Counted from the first letter of the stretch, positions 8,582 to 18,042 are shown. The stretch is 32,000 nucleotides of DNA from Candidatus Kuenenia stuttgartensis (GCF_900232105.1 NZ_LT934425.1:4170001-4202000); one strand, 5' to 3'. Notes: a model not told the origin generated them from the letters alone. Numbers and translations are program-made.

Positions 8582-8623
8582 TTGTTTTATTTATAAGACT
8601 TTCTACAGAAAGGAATCGGAACG

Positions 8624-8932
8624 ATGAATATGCATAACTACCTGTTACCGTTACTGCTGACTCTTGCATTTGTATTTTTTTTATCAATGCCAGGGAGCAA
8701 GGCGAGTAATTGTTTTGCCGGGGATGCATATGCAGGAGATAAATATGAATACAAGGTGGCGCGTATCACTACTGTGGGAATCCCTGAAGAATTGCTTAAT
8801 GCTTCAGGTGATGAGGGATGGGAACTTGTACTGATCCATCAGGAACAGAGATTTAAATACTTAATATTTAAAAGAAAGGTTGTTGATGATTATGAGAAAA
8901 ACAAACAGGTTGCTGTTCCTTCTGGGAAATAA
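8624..8932 (+). CDS. Small secreted protein of unknown function
   Basis: The N-terminal signal peptide is LLPLLLTLAFVFFLSMPGSKA. The compact C-terminal domain is YEYKVARITTVGIPEELLNASGDEGWELVLIHQEQRFKYLIFKRK. The RBS aaagga lies upstream. Confidence 0.5.
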   Translation: MNMHNYLLPLLLTLAFVFFLSMPGSKASNCFAGDAYAGDKYEYKVARITTVGIPEELLNASGDEGWELVLIHQEQRFKYLIFKRKVVDDYEKNKQVAVPSGK

Positions 8933-9005
8933 TACCTCCTTATCGTATCGCATGAATTGAACACCTCTGGGATAAACCAATCATAAAGCCTTTGAACCGC
9001 AGAAT

Positions 9006-9055
9006 CCCCCCCCCTCCTCTTTCCCCAGCTTACGAAGGAATGTATTAAGGGGTGG
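9006..9055. repeat. GC-rich hairpin repeat with a GGATTAAGGGGTGG-type tail (copy 2, plus orientation)
   Basis: ccccccccctcctctttccccagcttacgaaggaatgtattaaggggtgg. Confidence 0.4.
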
Positions 9056-9136
9056 CAAAAAACTTATTTTAAAAAAGAGGTTTTACCGGATAATACTATC
9101 CGATGTTTTCGTTTCGTTTCATTTCATCGCATCCCT

Positions 9137-10873
9137 TTACATAGTACGTTTCCCATGCTTTCGTTTCTTTTTACAAAAGGACTTTAATTTCTCCAGCGAA
9201 AACGTATTTATCACATCTTGCGATTCCAGCCAACCTCTTCTGGCAATTCCTACTCCCAGTTCCATCATCCACATTTGATCTGTGTGGTGGGAGTCGGTGC
9301 TAATAGCTATCTTCACTCCCCTCTCTTTTGCCTTTTTACAATATATGTCATTCAGGTCAAGCCGGTCATAATAGCAATTAATCTCCAGCGCCGTGTCGGT
9401 TTCCGCACATGCATCCAGAACTTTTTCGATATCAACATCATACCCAACGCGTTTGCTGATAAGGCGTCCCGTTGGGTGTGCGATAATGTTGACAAATGGG
9501 TTTTGTATGGCGGCAATCATTCTTTGCGTAATCTTCTCTTTTTCCTGTTTAAAACCGCTATGTATGGCCGCTATCACTACGTCAAGTTTTTCGAGCATTC
9601 TGTCTGAAAAATCAAGGGAACCATCCGTCCTGATATCAACCTCAGAGGCTTTCAATAATGTAAAGCCTTTTAAATTTTTATTGAGTTTGTCTATTTCATC
9701 AATTTCCTTAAGTAATCTTTCCTCAGTTAAACCGTTTGCTATATGGAGTGATTGTGAATGATCGGATACCACCATATATGCATATCCCCTCTTCATCGCA
9801 TGTTCCGCCATCTCCTCAAAGGTGCAGTGCCCATCGCTCCAATTGGAATGATTATGAAGATCGCCTTTTATATCGGAATACTCGATCAATTTGGGTAGTG
9901 TTTTTTCAATGGCGGCTTCAATTTCCCCCCTGTTTTCCCGCAATTCCGGAGGAATCCAATCCATCCCCAATATTTTGTAAATATCAGATTCATGCCTTCC
10001 GCCTAATTTCTTTTCTCCCTCGAAAATGCCATACTCACTGATTTTATAACCCTTTTTCTTTGCCAGTTCCCGGAGATGAACGTTATGGTCCTTTGACCCG
10101 GTAAAGTATTGCAGGGCAGCCCCATACTCCTCTTCATTTACCACTCGCAGGTCCGCCTGAACGCCCTCTTCCAGTCTGACGCTTCCCTTTGTAGTTCCGG
10201 AGGCAAGTATCTGCGTCACTTCCGGCATGGTGACAAATGACTTTATTATTTCTGCCCCATCATTTCCTGTTGCAAGGATATCAATATCGCCAACAGTTTC
10301 CTTCATCCTTCGCAAAGAACCGGCAGCCTGTATTTCCTTAACCTTTGGGTTTTGTTTTAATCGTTCAATAATCCTCTTTACTATCGGATATGCCATCCCT
10401 ATGGAAATGCGTTGCTGGCTTGTTTTGTATAATTCTATGCCTTTTACGATATTCTCAATCTTTTTTTCTCCAATACCGAACAGACCCTTCAACTTCCCAT
10501 CCCGGATTGCATTTTCTATATCAACAAGATTCACAATACCCAATTCCTTATTGAGCATCGCAACCGTCTTTGGCCCTAAACCTGGTATCTGCATGAGTGC
10601 GACCGTTTCTTCAGATATCCCCTTTGCAACCTCCTCGTATTTTGACATTTTTCCCGTTGTAATATATTCAATAATTTTATCTGCCGTGCCTTTACCTATT
10701 CCGGGAATATTGGTTAATTTATCGTCCCTTGCGAGGGCTTCAATATCTTCCGTTAAGTCCTCTATTACCCTTGCCGCCTTGCGGTAAGAGTTGATACGAA
10801 AGGTATTTTCGCCTTTCAGTTCCAGTACATCAGCAATTTTTCCGAAGAGTAATGCAACTTCGTGATTCTTCAC
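9137..10873 (-). CDS. polX: Family X DNA polymerase with C-terminal PHP domain (PolX)
   Basis: 578 aa. It has N-terminal HhH and 8-kDa-like regions (NSYRKAARVIEDL, IPGIGKGTADKI, IPGLGPKTVAML). The nucleotidyltransferase core is AGSLRRMKETVGDIDILA. The PHP motifs are GDLHNHSNWSDG, VVSDHS and ISTDSHH. Confidence 0.9.
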   Translation of the reverse strand: MKNHEVALLFGKIADVLELKGENTFRINSYRKAARVIEDLTEDIEALARDDKLTNIPGIGKGTADKIIEYITTGKMSKYEEVAKGISEETVALMQIPGLGPKTVAMLNKELGIVNLVDIENAIRDGKLKGLFGIGEKKIENIVKGIELYKTSQQRISIGMAYPIVKRIIERLKQNPKVKEIQAAGSLRRMKETVGDIDILATGNDGAEIIKSFVTMPEVTQILASGTTKGSVRLEEGVQADLRVVNEEEYGAALQYFTGSKDHNVHLRELAKKKGYKISEYGIFEGEKKLGGRHESDIYKILGMDWIPPELRENRGEIEAAIEKTLPKLIEYSDIKGDLHNHSNWSDGHCTFEEMAEHAMKRGYAYMVVSDHSQSLHIANGLTEERLLKEIDEIDKLNKNLKGFTLLKASEVDIRTDGSLDFSDRMLEKLDVVIAAIHSGFKQEKEKITQRMIAAIQNPFVNIIAHPTGRLISKRVGYDVDIEKVLDACAETDTALEINCYYDRLDLNDIYCKKAKERGVKIAISTDSHHTDQMWMMELGVGIARRGWLESQDVINTFSLEKLKSFCKKKRKHGKRTM

Positions 10874-10998
10874 ACATAAATCCTCATATATTTCTATAAA
10901 TGCTCTGTTAGTACCTTAACAGTAATTTCTTTGCATACTTCCATTCGTCAGTACGTGCTTTTTTGCAAAATATTTATTGGTGAAATACGAAATCCTAT

Positions 10999-11119
10999 AA
11001 CAATTTAGTTTTTTGAAAATTCCAGTAGGTGCGAAGCATTTGCCAGTACGAGTATGAATGCATTTATGATAATTTATAGCAAATGCTTCGCCCCTACAGT
11101 TTCAAAAAACTAAAGTGTT
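10999..11119. repeat. Long imperfect inverted repeat (about 41-45-bp arms, 35-nt loop)
   Basis: The left arm is aacaatttagttttttgaaaattccagtaggtgcgaagcatttgc. The reverse complement of the right arm is aacactttagttttttgaaactgtaggggcgaagcatttgc. The outer 20 bp match at 19 of 20 positions and the inner 13 bp (gcgaagcatttgc) match exactly, around a 7-11 nt internal bulge. Confidence 0.7.
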
Positions 11120-11142
11120 ACTAAATACGAAACAAATTCTAA

Positions 11143-11256
11143 TGACAAAATGATTTGAAATGTTAAACAAGCATATCTTTCATTTTCAAGCTTTGTATTG
11201 TTGGATGTTTTGAATTTGTGTTGAATTTTATGTTTGTTTGGTTCCGGTTTGTCAGG
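11143..11256 (+). repeat. Dispersed AT-rich intergenic repeat, copy B (see 3427-3601)
   Basis: See copy A; the shared blocks occur in the same order and orientation. Confidence 0.6.
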
Positions 11257-11282
11257 ATTTTAGGCATGTAAAAAAATAAAAA

Positions 11283-11356
11283 ACGAGGCCGACGGGAATC
11301 GAACCCGCAACATCCAGATCGACAGTCTGGTACTCTAACCAATTGAGCTACGGCCC
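11283..11356 (-). tRNA. tRNA-Asp (anticodon GUC)
   Basis: The reverse complement folds by hand into a cloverleaf: GGGGCCG TA GCTC AATTGGTTA GAGT A CCAGA CTGTCGA TCTGG ATGTT GCGGG TTCGATT CCCGT CGGCCTC G. It has a 7-bp acceptor stem, a TTCGATT T-loop, anticodon GTC and discriminator G. CCA is not encoded. Confidence 0.93.
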
Positions 11357-11524
11357 CTTAAAAGATGTTTTTTATTTTTCAAAATTGCAGTATTTTCAAC
11401 TAATTGTATATTGCTTATTGAAAGGCATTCAAGAGATGATACTGCCTTATTTCCCAATAAGCAGAAAGGATATTAGCAGGTTTTTGTATCAATTTCAAGC
11501 CTTTTGTTTTGTCTGATTTAATCG

Positions 11525-12694
11525 TTACCGTGTACTTTGGTAATATTCACTTAATATCTTTGCAACTTCGTGCCTTGTAAAGGTTGGAGGAGGCGCCTCT
11601 CCCTCGCTTAACATTCTTCGCACCTCAGTGCCGCTTAAGATGACATGATTTGCTGAGTCATGCGGACATGTCTTATAAGACGCCATACCATTGCACGCTT
11701 TACAATAAAATGTATGGTCAAAAAAGAGGGGAGTAATTCCTATTTCATGCGCATCAAATTCATCAAATATATAATGTGCGTCAAACGTCCCGTAATAATT
11801 CCCGACCCCTGCATGATCCCTTCCCACAATGAAATGCGTACAGCCATAGTTTTTTCTCAACAGCGCGTGGAAAACTGCTTCGCGCGGGCCCGCATACCTC
11901 ATTGCCGCAGGAAAGACGGACAACATCGCGCGGTCTTTCGGATAATATTTTTCTAAAAGAACTTCGTAGCTCTTAATCCTGACGTCTGCAGGGATATCAT
12001 CGCTTTTTGTCGCCCCTACCAGTGGGTGCAAAAGGATGGCGTCAACAATCTCAAGAGCACATTTTTGAATATATTCATGCGCCCTGTGAACGGGATTGCG
12101 CGTCTGGAAACCGACAATTCTCTTCCAGCCTCTTTTTACAAACAACTCCCTTGTTTCGGCAGGATCGAGTCTGTAAGCGAGGAAGTCTCCGGGTTTTGCC
12201 CTGTTAACAACACTCACTTTACCGCCAAGAAGATAATCATCCATCTTGTAAACATAATCAACACCGGGGTGTTTTTTATCGTCCGTTCCATACACTTCAA
12301 GCGATTCTTTCGTCTTATCATGATGGAATATCTCTTCCAAATGTAATATGGCAATTACTTCATTTGCTTTATCGATAAGGGCAACATCATTCCCGGGCTT
12401 AAGCCCTTCAATTTCTTCCTTACTCGCCGATAACGTCACGGGAATAGACCAAGGGAGTCCGTTTGCCAGACGCATATTATTCACAACAGTATCATAATCT
12501 TCTTTGCACATGAACCCCTCAAGCGGACTCATTGCGCCAACTGCAATCATATCGAGGTCCGTTATTTCACGGGAATCGAGTTGGATTTTTTTCATGGCGT
12601 AATTTTTCGCTTTATCCAACAACACTTCTCTATCTTCTGCGGAAGCTATCCGGTTTATAAGTTTACCCCCATGTGGAGGGATGTTCTTGACCAT
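11525..12694 (-). CDS. sat: Sulfate adenylyltransferase (ATP sulfurylase)
   Basis: 389 aa with the hallmark motifs [14 protein letters not shown] and [15 protein letters not shown], plus an N-terminal PUA-like domain. Confidence 0.92.
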   Translation of the reverse strand: MVKNIPPHGGKLINRIASAEDREVLLDKAKNYAMKKIQLDSREITDLDMIAVGAMSPLEGFMCKEDYDTVVNNMRLANGLPWSIPVTLSASKEEIEGLKPGNDVALIDKANEVIAILHLEEIFHHDKTKESLEVYGTDDKKHPGVDYVYKMDDYLLGGKVSVVNRAKPGDFLAYRLDPAETRELFVKRGWKRIVGFQTRNPVHRAHEYIQKCALEIVDAILLHPLVGATKSDDIPADVRIKSYEVLLEKYYPKDRAMLSVFPAAMRYAGPREAVFHALLRKNYGCTHFIVGRDHAGVGNYYGTFDAHYIFDEFDAHEIGITPLFFDHTFYCKACNGMASYKTCPHDSANHVILSGTEVRRMLSEGEAPPPTFTRHEVAKILSEYYQSTR

Positions 12695-12789
12695 AGTTCA
12701 CTCTTTCTCCTTTCAAAACTGTTTAAATGTATGCGATTTCTCCTGCTTTGCACCTGCTTTTATAAGGAACTAAAATTGTTGCGATAAAA

Positions 12790-13107
12790 TTAATTCCTTA
12801 CCTTTATCACAAATTCTTCTTTTTTCCCATGCGAATTCCAGATTGTCCAGATTGTTTTATCCTTAGTCATCCGTGCTTTTAATGAGGCGCTTTCGCTGCA
12901 AATCTGAAACGGCAATCTCAGTTCGATTGCCTGGACGGGGCATTCCTTTACACAGCAAGCACACGTCCAGCAAGCCGATTGGTCGCGTATTTCCGCTTTC
13001 ATATTTTCCGTACGGTAGCAGAGATTTCCCGGACATATGCGTTCGCAGCGTGCTTCCGGTAATCCTTTACAGCCATTGCAGATGGTTTTGTCGATAAAAA
13101 TGCTCAT
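12790..13107 (-). CDS. aprB: Adenylylsulfate (APS) reductase beta subunit-like 2x[4Fe-4S] ferredoxin, short form
   Basis: CNGCKGLPEARCERICPGNLC and CWTCACCVKECPVQAI parallel the AprB cluster motifs (CDGCKA...C..ICPNDL and CWEC.SCVK.CP). The start overlaps the aprA stop at 13107. At 105 aa it lacks most of the long C-terminal tail of the dissimilatory AprB I recall. Confidence 0.75.
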   Translation of the reverse strand: MSIFIDKTICNGCKGLPEARCERICPGNLCYRTENMKAEIRDQSACWTCACCVKECPVQAIELRLPFQICSESASLKARMTKDKTIWTIWNSHGKKEEFVIKVRN

Positions 13108-14780
13108 TATTGTAAGGGCCGTTCTTTCATCTTTATTTCATTTGTTTCAACGTCATAGACAGAATTTACATACTTAAGCCAGCGATTATCGTCTTTTTGG
13201 GGATAGTCCAATCTGGTTTGATAACACGCCCATCGGGTCTCCTTCCGGTAAATGAGATGTTCCACCAATGTCCTGGCAACATCAATCCGATCGATACACT
13301 CCAAGGCTTCTACGAGGTTGTAACTATCCGCCGCCATCAACTCCGTTGTATGGTTGTGCAAACATTTCAGCAATTGCCGGGCTTCCAGCAATCTGTTTTC
13401 ATGCAACATGTAATTAAAGGAAATACCCCCGGCATATTCATCCATGATTTTTTGAAGCCGTTCTCTCACATCCAATGGTGTTATCCCGTTAGTTCTGTTT
13501 AATAAATTAAAAATCCTTGCCTTTTCCTTTTCAATACTATTTTCGTCAATTTCTTCTGAAGAGACGTTATCAATGTCTTTTAGCGCCGTTAGCGCCGCAA
13601 TAGCGCCTTCAGCCCAACAGCCACTGACATATTTTTTAGGAGCCCCACCGGCGGCTTCGCCAGCGGCATAAAGCCCTGGAATGGTAGTTCTCCTTTCCGT
13701 ATCAATCCAATATCCCGCCTGGCAATGACCACCCACAACATAAGGTTCCGTACCGCGTATTTCAACGGGTTTTTTTCGCGGCTCCATTCCTTCGCTTGCC
13801 CACATAAGAACAATCTGAGGGTTCATATTCAAATAATCTTCTTTTAGTTTCCTTTCTTCTTCTTCATTCAGGTGCGTTGTGTCAAGATAACAAGGCCCAC
13901 GGCATGCCCTCATTTCCTCAAGCGTGGCAAAAAGTCTGTGTTGAGTCAAACATTTTCTTCCGCCCAAATGCTGATAATGGCAGCCAAGATAGTCTTCCCC
14001 CAGCGCATTAACCTGTTTTGAACAAACACCGATCGCAATTGTGCCTGTAGGGGCATTTACGTCTTTTACGCGCAAAGGGATAAACCTGTTCTCAAAACCT
14101 GTCATTTCGGCGCCAATACGAATCCCCATTGCATAGCCCGTCCCGGCATTCCATGGGCAATACCACATCAAATGCCTCGCGCCGCCGGTATTATTAGGTT
14201 TATATATCCCGGCAGCTCCTCCGGTAGCAACAATAACGGCTTTTGCCCGAACTACATATAAATTACCACCCCTGACGTCATAACCAAACGCACCACAAAC
14301 CCGTTTTCCATTATAGATAAAATTTGTCGCAACGACGCGGTTTAACACCTGAGCCGCCGTTTTCCTCACCGCTTCAGCAAGCATAGGCTTCAGCCTTTCG
14401 CCAAAAATGCGAATACTGCGCGTTCCCCGGTTTTTGTAAGAGCCGTCATCATTTTTTTCAATAGGCAGCCCTAACGCTTCCACCTCCTTTACCACGTCAT
14501 TAAATCTTTCCGCCATGGTAAGGACTAAATCTTTCCGTATAACCCCTTCAAACTCCCTCGCAACAAAATCAACGTATGATTCAGGGGTTTGTCCCGGATG
14601 AATATACGCATTAATAGCATTAAGCCCCATCGCCAAACAACCGCTGCGTTCAATATGTGCCTTTTCCATGATAACCACTTTGCAGCGGGAAGATTTTTTA
14701 TAAATTTGCATTGCTGCAAAGCAGCCGGCCGCACCTCCGCCGATAATTAATATGTCTGCATCAATATTTTTAATATCCAT
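13107..14780 (-). CDS. aprA: APS reductase alpha subunit-like FAD flavoprotein
   Basis: It has an FAD-binding N-terminus (ILIIGGGAAGCFAA) and an SdhA/FrdA/AprA-family core (SGCLAMGLNAINAYI, VIVATGGAAG, GLYAAGEAAGG). It is translationally coupled to aprB and adjacent to sat. Confidence 0.75.
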   Translation of the reverse strand: MDIKNIDADILIIGGGAAGCFAAMQIYKKSSRCKVVIMEKAHIERSGCLAMGLNAINAYIHPGQTPESYVDFVAREFEGVIRKDLVLTMAERFNDVVKEVEALGLPIEKNDDGSYKNRGTRSIRIFGERLKPMLAEAVRKTAAQVLNRVVATNFIYNGKRVCGAFGYDVRGGNLYVVRAKAVIVATGGAAGIYKPNNTGGARHLMWYCPWNAGTGYAMGIRIGAEMTGFENRFIPLRVKDVNAPTGTIAIGVCSKQVNALGEDYLGCHYQHLGGRKCLTQHRLFATLEEMRACRGPCYLDTTHLNEEEERKLKEDYLNMNPQIVLMWASEGMEPRKKPVEIRGTEPYVVGGHCQAGYWIDTERRTTIPGLYAAGEAAGGAPKKYVSGCWAEGAIAALTALKDIDNVSSEEIDENSIEKEKARIFNLLNRTNGITPLDVRERLQKIMDEYAGGISFNYMLHENRLLEARQLLKCLHNHTTELMAADSYNLVEALECIDRIDVARTLVEHLIYRKETRWACYQTRLDYPQKDDNRWLKYVNSVYDVETNEIKMKERPLQ

Positions 14781-15200
14781 TTATGGTAACACTTCTGGAG
14801 AAAACATTTTTAGGAAACATCAACATAATCAGAATGAAGCTGGAAAATTAATATGCTATGGATATTTTAATCTACTTTATGAGCGGTAATTTCGATTGTT
14901 CTTACACAAAGACCTTGAATTAAAGCAAGATTCCAGAGTTCATCTTTTCAAAAAATAACAAAGTGCCAATGGTACTTATATTTTATTAATATGTCAAATT
15001 GAAAACGCCCTTCTTCATCAATGTAAATTCGTATTTTTGATTTGTTAAGAAATTATGTAACTTATATTTCTTTATAAATGAACAAATCCTCCTCTATCCT
15101 TCCTGAGAGGTGATCTATCAAATTCTATTCCTGGTAAGGCCTTAAGGGATTGGTAAAATAAAAAATTGATAATGTTTCATGATATTTGTATAATGTGCCC

Positions 15201-15674
15201 ATGCCTATAACGAAAGAATTAGAGAATATACGAAAGTTTGAATCTGTCGGGTTTACTCACGATCAAGCGGAAGTTCTTACAGAGACCCTTGAACAATCGC
15301 ATGTTAACGGACAGCAAAACCTTAAGGATTTTCTTAACATTAAATTTAATGAGATGGACGTCAAATTTAATGCGATGGATGTCCAGTTTAATGCTCTTCG
15401 TAACGATATGGATGTAAAATTTAACGCTATGGATGTAAAATTTAATGTTCTTCGTAATGATGTGGATGTCAAAATTAAAGATTTCCGTAGCGATGTGGAC
15501 GTTAAGTTTAAAGACCTTCGTAACGAAATTGACTTCAGGTTTCTGGAAACCCGTAATGAGATTGTCAACCTTGAGTTTCGCATAAGGGCTTCTCACGCAG
15601 ATTTGCTTATGAAGATATTTGCAATCGTAGCCGGTTGTACCACTATTGCCGTTGCTGTAGCCAAGTTATTTTAA
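15201..15674 (+). CDS. Tail-anchored coiled-coil protein built from short tandem repeats (DUF1640-like)
   Basis: The repeats are MDVKFNA / MDVQFNA / LRNDMDVKFNA / MDVKFNV / LRNDVDVKIKD / FRSDVDVKFKD / LRNEIDFRFLE. The C-terminal TM helix is IFAIVAGCTTIAVAVAKLF. The ATG at 15201 is preferred over the TTG at 15186. Confidence 0.6.
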   Translation: MPITKELENIRKFESVGFTHDQAEVLTETLEQSHVNGQQNLKDFLNIKFNEMDVKFNAMDVQFNALRNDMDVKFNAMDVKFNVLRNDVDVKIKDFRSDVDVKFKDLRNEIDFRFLETRNEIVNLEFRIRASHADLLMKIFAIVAGCTTIAVAVAKLF

Positions 15675-15715
15675 CCCCGCCAAAGGCGATATATTCCCAT
15701 TGCCTTTCGAGAGTT

Positions 15716-16066
15716 TCACTCCGCTTTATTCTGCCTTTTTTTGATCTCCTCATAGCCGCCTGCATTTATTACATTTAGATATCCCATTTTATCCAGAATC
15801 TCTTTTGCAATACCAGACCGCCTCCCGCTTTCGCAATAAAGGAAAATTTTTTCATCCTTGTTTTTTGCAACCGACTCAATTTTCCTTCCAATTTCTTTAT
15901 ATGGAATGTTTATAGCATCCTCAATATGTCCCGACTTGTATTCCCCGGCAGTTCTTACGTCAATCCAGATTCCCTTCACATCGTTCACTTGCCCCCCAAT
16001 TACACAATTAATTACGACAGTTAAAAAACATAAAGCCATAACTAGTTTTTTCATAATCAACTCCAT
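15716..16066 (-). CDS. Secreted single-domain rhodanese-like sulfurtransferase
   Basis: Signal peptide KKLVMALCFLTVVINCVIG. Rhodanese fold with the active-site loop YCESGRRSGIA. Confidence 0.85.
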   Translation of the reverse strand: MELIMKKLVMALCFLTVVINCVIGGQVNDVKGIWIDVRTAGEYKSGHIEDAINIPYKEIGRKIESVAKNKDEKIFLYCESGRRSGIAKEILDKMGYLNVINAGGYEEIKKRQNKAE

Positions 16067-16234
16067 TTCTAAAATAATGTATCTATAAAAATTGATACCC
16101 TCTCAAATCCGGTATGCCTTTCCCTGAGTTTAGTGATTGATTAGCATTTTATTTGGAACATCTCAGTAAATTATAGCAGTAGATAGCTGTCAGTTGATAG
16201 AAAAAGAACGCCCAACTACCACCCTTGAGCTGGT

Positions 16235-17521
16235 TTAGTCATCTACGATTGGACAGACTTGAGAATTTATCCATGTATTAAGGATTACCTCTTCCTTAAC
16301 TCGTGGGATCATTAGTACTATCTTTCCGGATTTTAAAATGAGGCGAAAGGGACGAATTAAATAGTATAGACAGAGCCTCTTTGAGGACAAAGGTACTGAA
16401 AACCTGTTTGAGAGAACTTTTGGATGTGGAAATATTTCTTTAAAGAGAATCTTCACCTTCGTTTGAAATGTATCCGCGATTTGTGACTTGATAAAACTAC
16501 CGGGAACGACGGGAAGAGTATCTTCTCTGATAAGTATTCTTTTATTGATAAGCCGCACTAATTCTTTATTTAAATCCTCTGATTTAAAGCTACTAAGGGC
16601 ATTATGAAAAACGTCATCGTGCTCCCCCATGATTTCCCTTACAATGGAAAAGGTAGTATACATTAGGGTATCTATTCCGTATTTTTCGGTTTCAGACTTA
16701 AACCTTACCCAATCAATATCATCTCTATAATATTTAAGGGTTTGAAAAATATCACACAACTGGATAAGTGCACCTTTGCTACTAAAACCTCCATTTTGAT
16801 TTATAAACCGGTGTTTTAAAAAATGTAGACAGAGGTGAGTAATTAAATCCTCCGGACTGAGTATCTGTACTTTATTGCCAGAAAATTCTATCGTTCTGGC
16901 CTCTTCCCACCACCTTTCAATAATGTCATTAATAATACGAATTCTTACTGGGTGTGCCTTCCTTGCTATGTGCCAGTGAATCTCCACCGGGATATTCTTA
17001 TCTGAATGAACATAACTTATATGCTGGTGATTTTCTCTGTACCAATCCGGTTGCATTTCACCCTGGAAACGATAGTCTAATCCGGACATTATTTTCTCTG
17101 CACAAAGAAGGTCTTCTTTTTTAACGAGAAGGTCTATGTCATTCATTTGCCGTAAACCAATATCGCCATAAACAGTTTTCGCTAAAGTCGCGCCCTTTAG
17201 AACAATAACTTTCACACCTTTATCACAAAATGTCTCTAAAATCCTCTTTAATTCCGCATAAAGGTACATATTCCTGGCTAAATTTCCATGATAAGCCGTT
17301 CTCAACTGAGCCATGACCTCTTGAGGTATACAATGTCTCTTACTGATATTCTTTAAGTTGTGATACAGTAATGGGGCGATACCATGCCAAAAAGCAGAAG
17401 CTAAAACCTCTTCCCAGTTTAACGGAATGTTTATTACATCCTTAATTTTCTCTCCTGTATTCCCTGAGATGCTTGCCTGAAGACAATGGAGTAAGAGCCT
17501 ATTTTCATGTGATATGTTCAT
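16235..17521 (-). CDS. Nucleotidyltransferase of the NTP_transf_5 type found in kinase-associated lasso-like clusters
   Basis: 428 aa. VIVLKGATLAKTVYGDIGLRQMNDIDLLVKKEDL is the typical LKG...R...DIDLLV nucleotidyltransferase motif. It is the last gene of the minus-strand cluster. Confidence 0.7.
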   Translation of the reverse strand: MNISHENRLLLHCLQASISGNTGEKIKDVINIPLNWEEVLASAFWHGIAPLLYHNLKNISKRHCIPQEVMAQLRTAYHGNLARNMYLYAELKRILETFCDKGVKVIVLKGATLAKTVYGDIGLRQMNDIDLLVKKEDLLCAEKIMSGLDYRFQGEMQPDWYRENHQHISYVHSDKNIPVEIHWHIARKAHPVRIRIINDIIERWWEEARTIEFSGNKVQILSPEDLITHLCLHFLKHRFINQNGGFSSKGALIQLCDIFQTLKYYRDDIDWVRFKSETEKYGIDTLMYTTFSIVREIMGEHDDVFHNALSSFKSEDLNKELVRLINKRILIREDTLPVVPGSFIKSQIADTFQTKVKILFKEIFPHPKVLSNRFSVPLSSKRLCLYYLIRPFRLILKSGKIVLMIPRVKEEVILNTWINSQVCPIVDD

Positions 17522-17553
17522 TATCAGCCTCCAGGATAATTTTATCCAATTTA

Positions 17554-18042
17554 CTATATCTTATCAGGGAAACAATACGTCATCGTATAAGTTTTAGTTA
17601 CTTCTGCATTTCTTTCCAGAAAAATATCCCCATGATAAAGAAGCCAGGCATGGCCCTCCAATTTCTTTTTTGCCTCTCCATCAGAGAACCTCCCGTTATA
17701 TCTCACTCCAAAACAAACAAAGACGTTTATTCCCAATTTACGTAAAAAGTGATAAAGAACTAAAGACCGCCTGAGACAGATATTTTTGTCTGTCCAAAGG
17801 TTATGCCTCAATATGTAGTCTGTAAATTTTACGATCTTATCTTTCATGTTTTCCAGGTCTTTGTTACGGCAAACTCTAAAGTTCCGTGGTGCAAGCATCT
17901 TCATAACCCTGGGCAGGGACAAAAATCTGAACAGGAAAGGCAAAACGTTAATCAGGAGAAAAATTCGGGTAAAAAGCCATATCTCCCCGAAGGAGCTAAA
18001 ATGAGTCCTGAATTTTTTAATAGCACAAGTTTTGTTACCCAT
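17554..18042 (-). CDS. Lasso-peptide B2-type leader peptidase (transglutaminase-like cysteine protease)
   Basis: 162 aa with an N-terminal hydrophobic helix, a catalytic-Cys context (NICLRRSLVLYHFLRKLGINVFVCFGVR) and a His context (EGHAWLLYHGD). The start overlaps the PqqD stop by 8 nt (ATGGGTAA). Confidence 0.8.
   Translation of the reverse strand: MGNKTCAIKKFRTHFSSFGEIWLFTRIFLLINVLPFLFRFLSLPRVMKMLAPRNFRVCRNKDLENMKDKIVKFTDYILRHNLWTDKNICLRRSLVLYHFLRKLGINVFVCFGVRYNGRFSDGEAKKKLEGHAWLLYHGDIFLERNAEVTKTYTMTYCFPDKI

Noticed and set aside
9218-10787. Four plus-strand ORFs (101-186 aa) inside the polX region
   Set aside because: They are antisense to a strongly supported 578-aa PolX gene, have low-complexity Ser/Phe/Ile-rich translations and carry no motifs. 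The same reasoning applies to the antisense ORFs inside the genes for amt-HK, sat, aprA, the rSAM enzyme, the beta-helix protein and the SBBP protein.
11414-11461. Hairpin CTTATTG-AAGGCA...TGCCTT-CAATAAG downstream of sat as a rho-independent terminator
   Set aside because: The stem is plausible, but no U-tract follows on either strand, so the terminator call is not supported.
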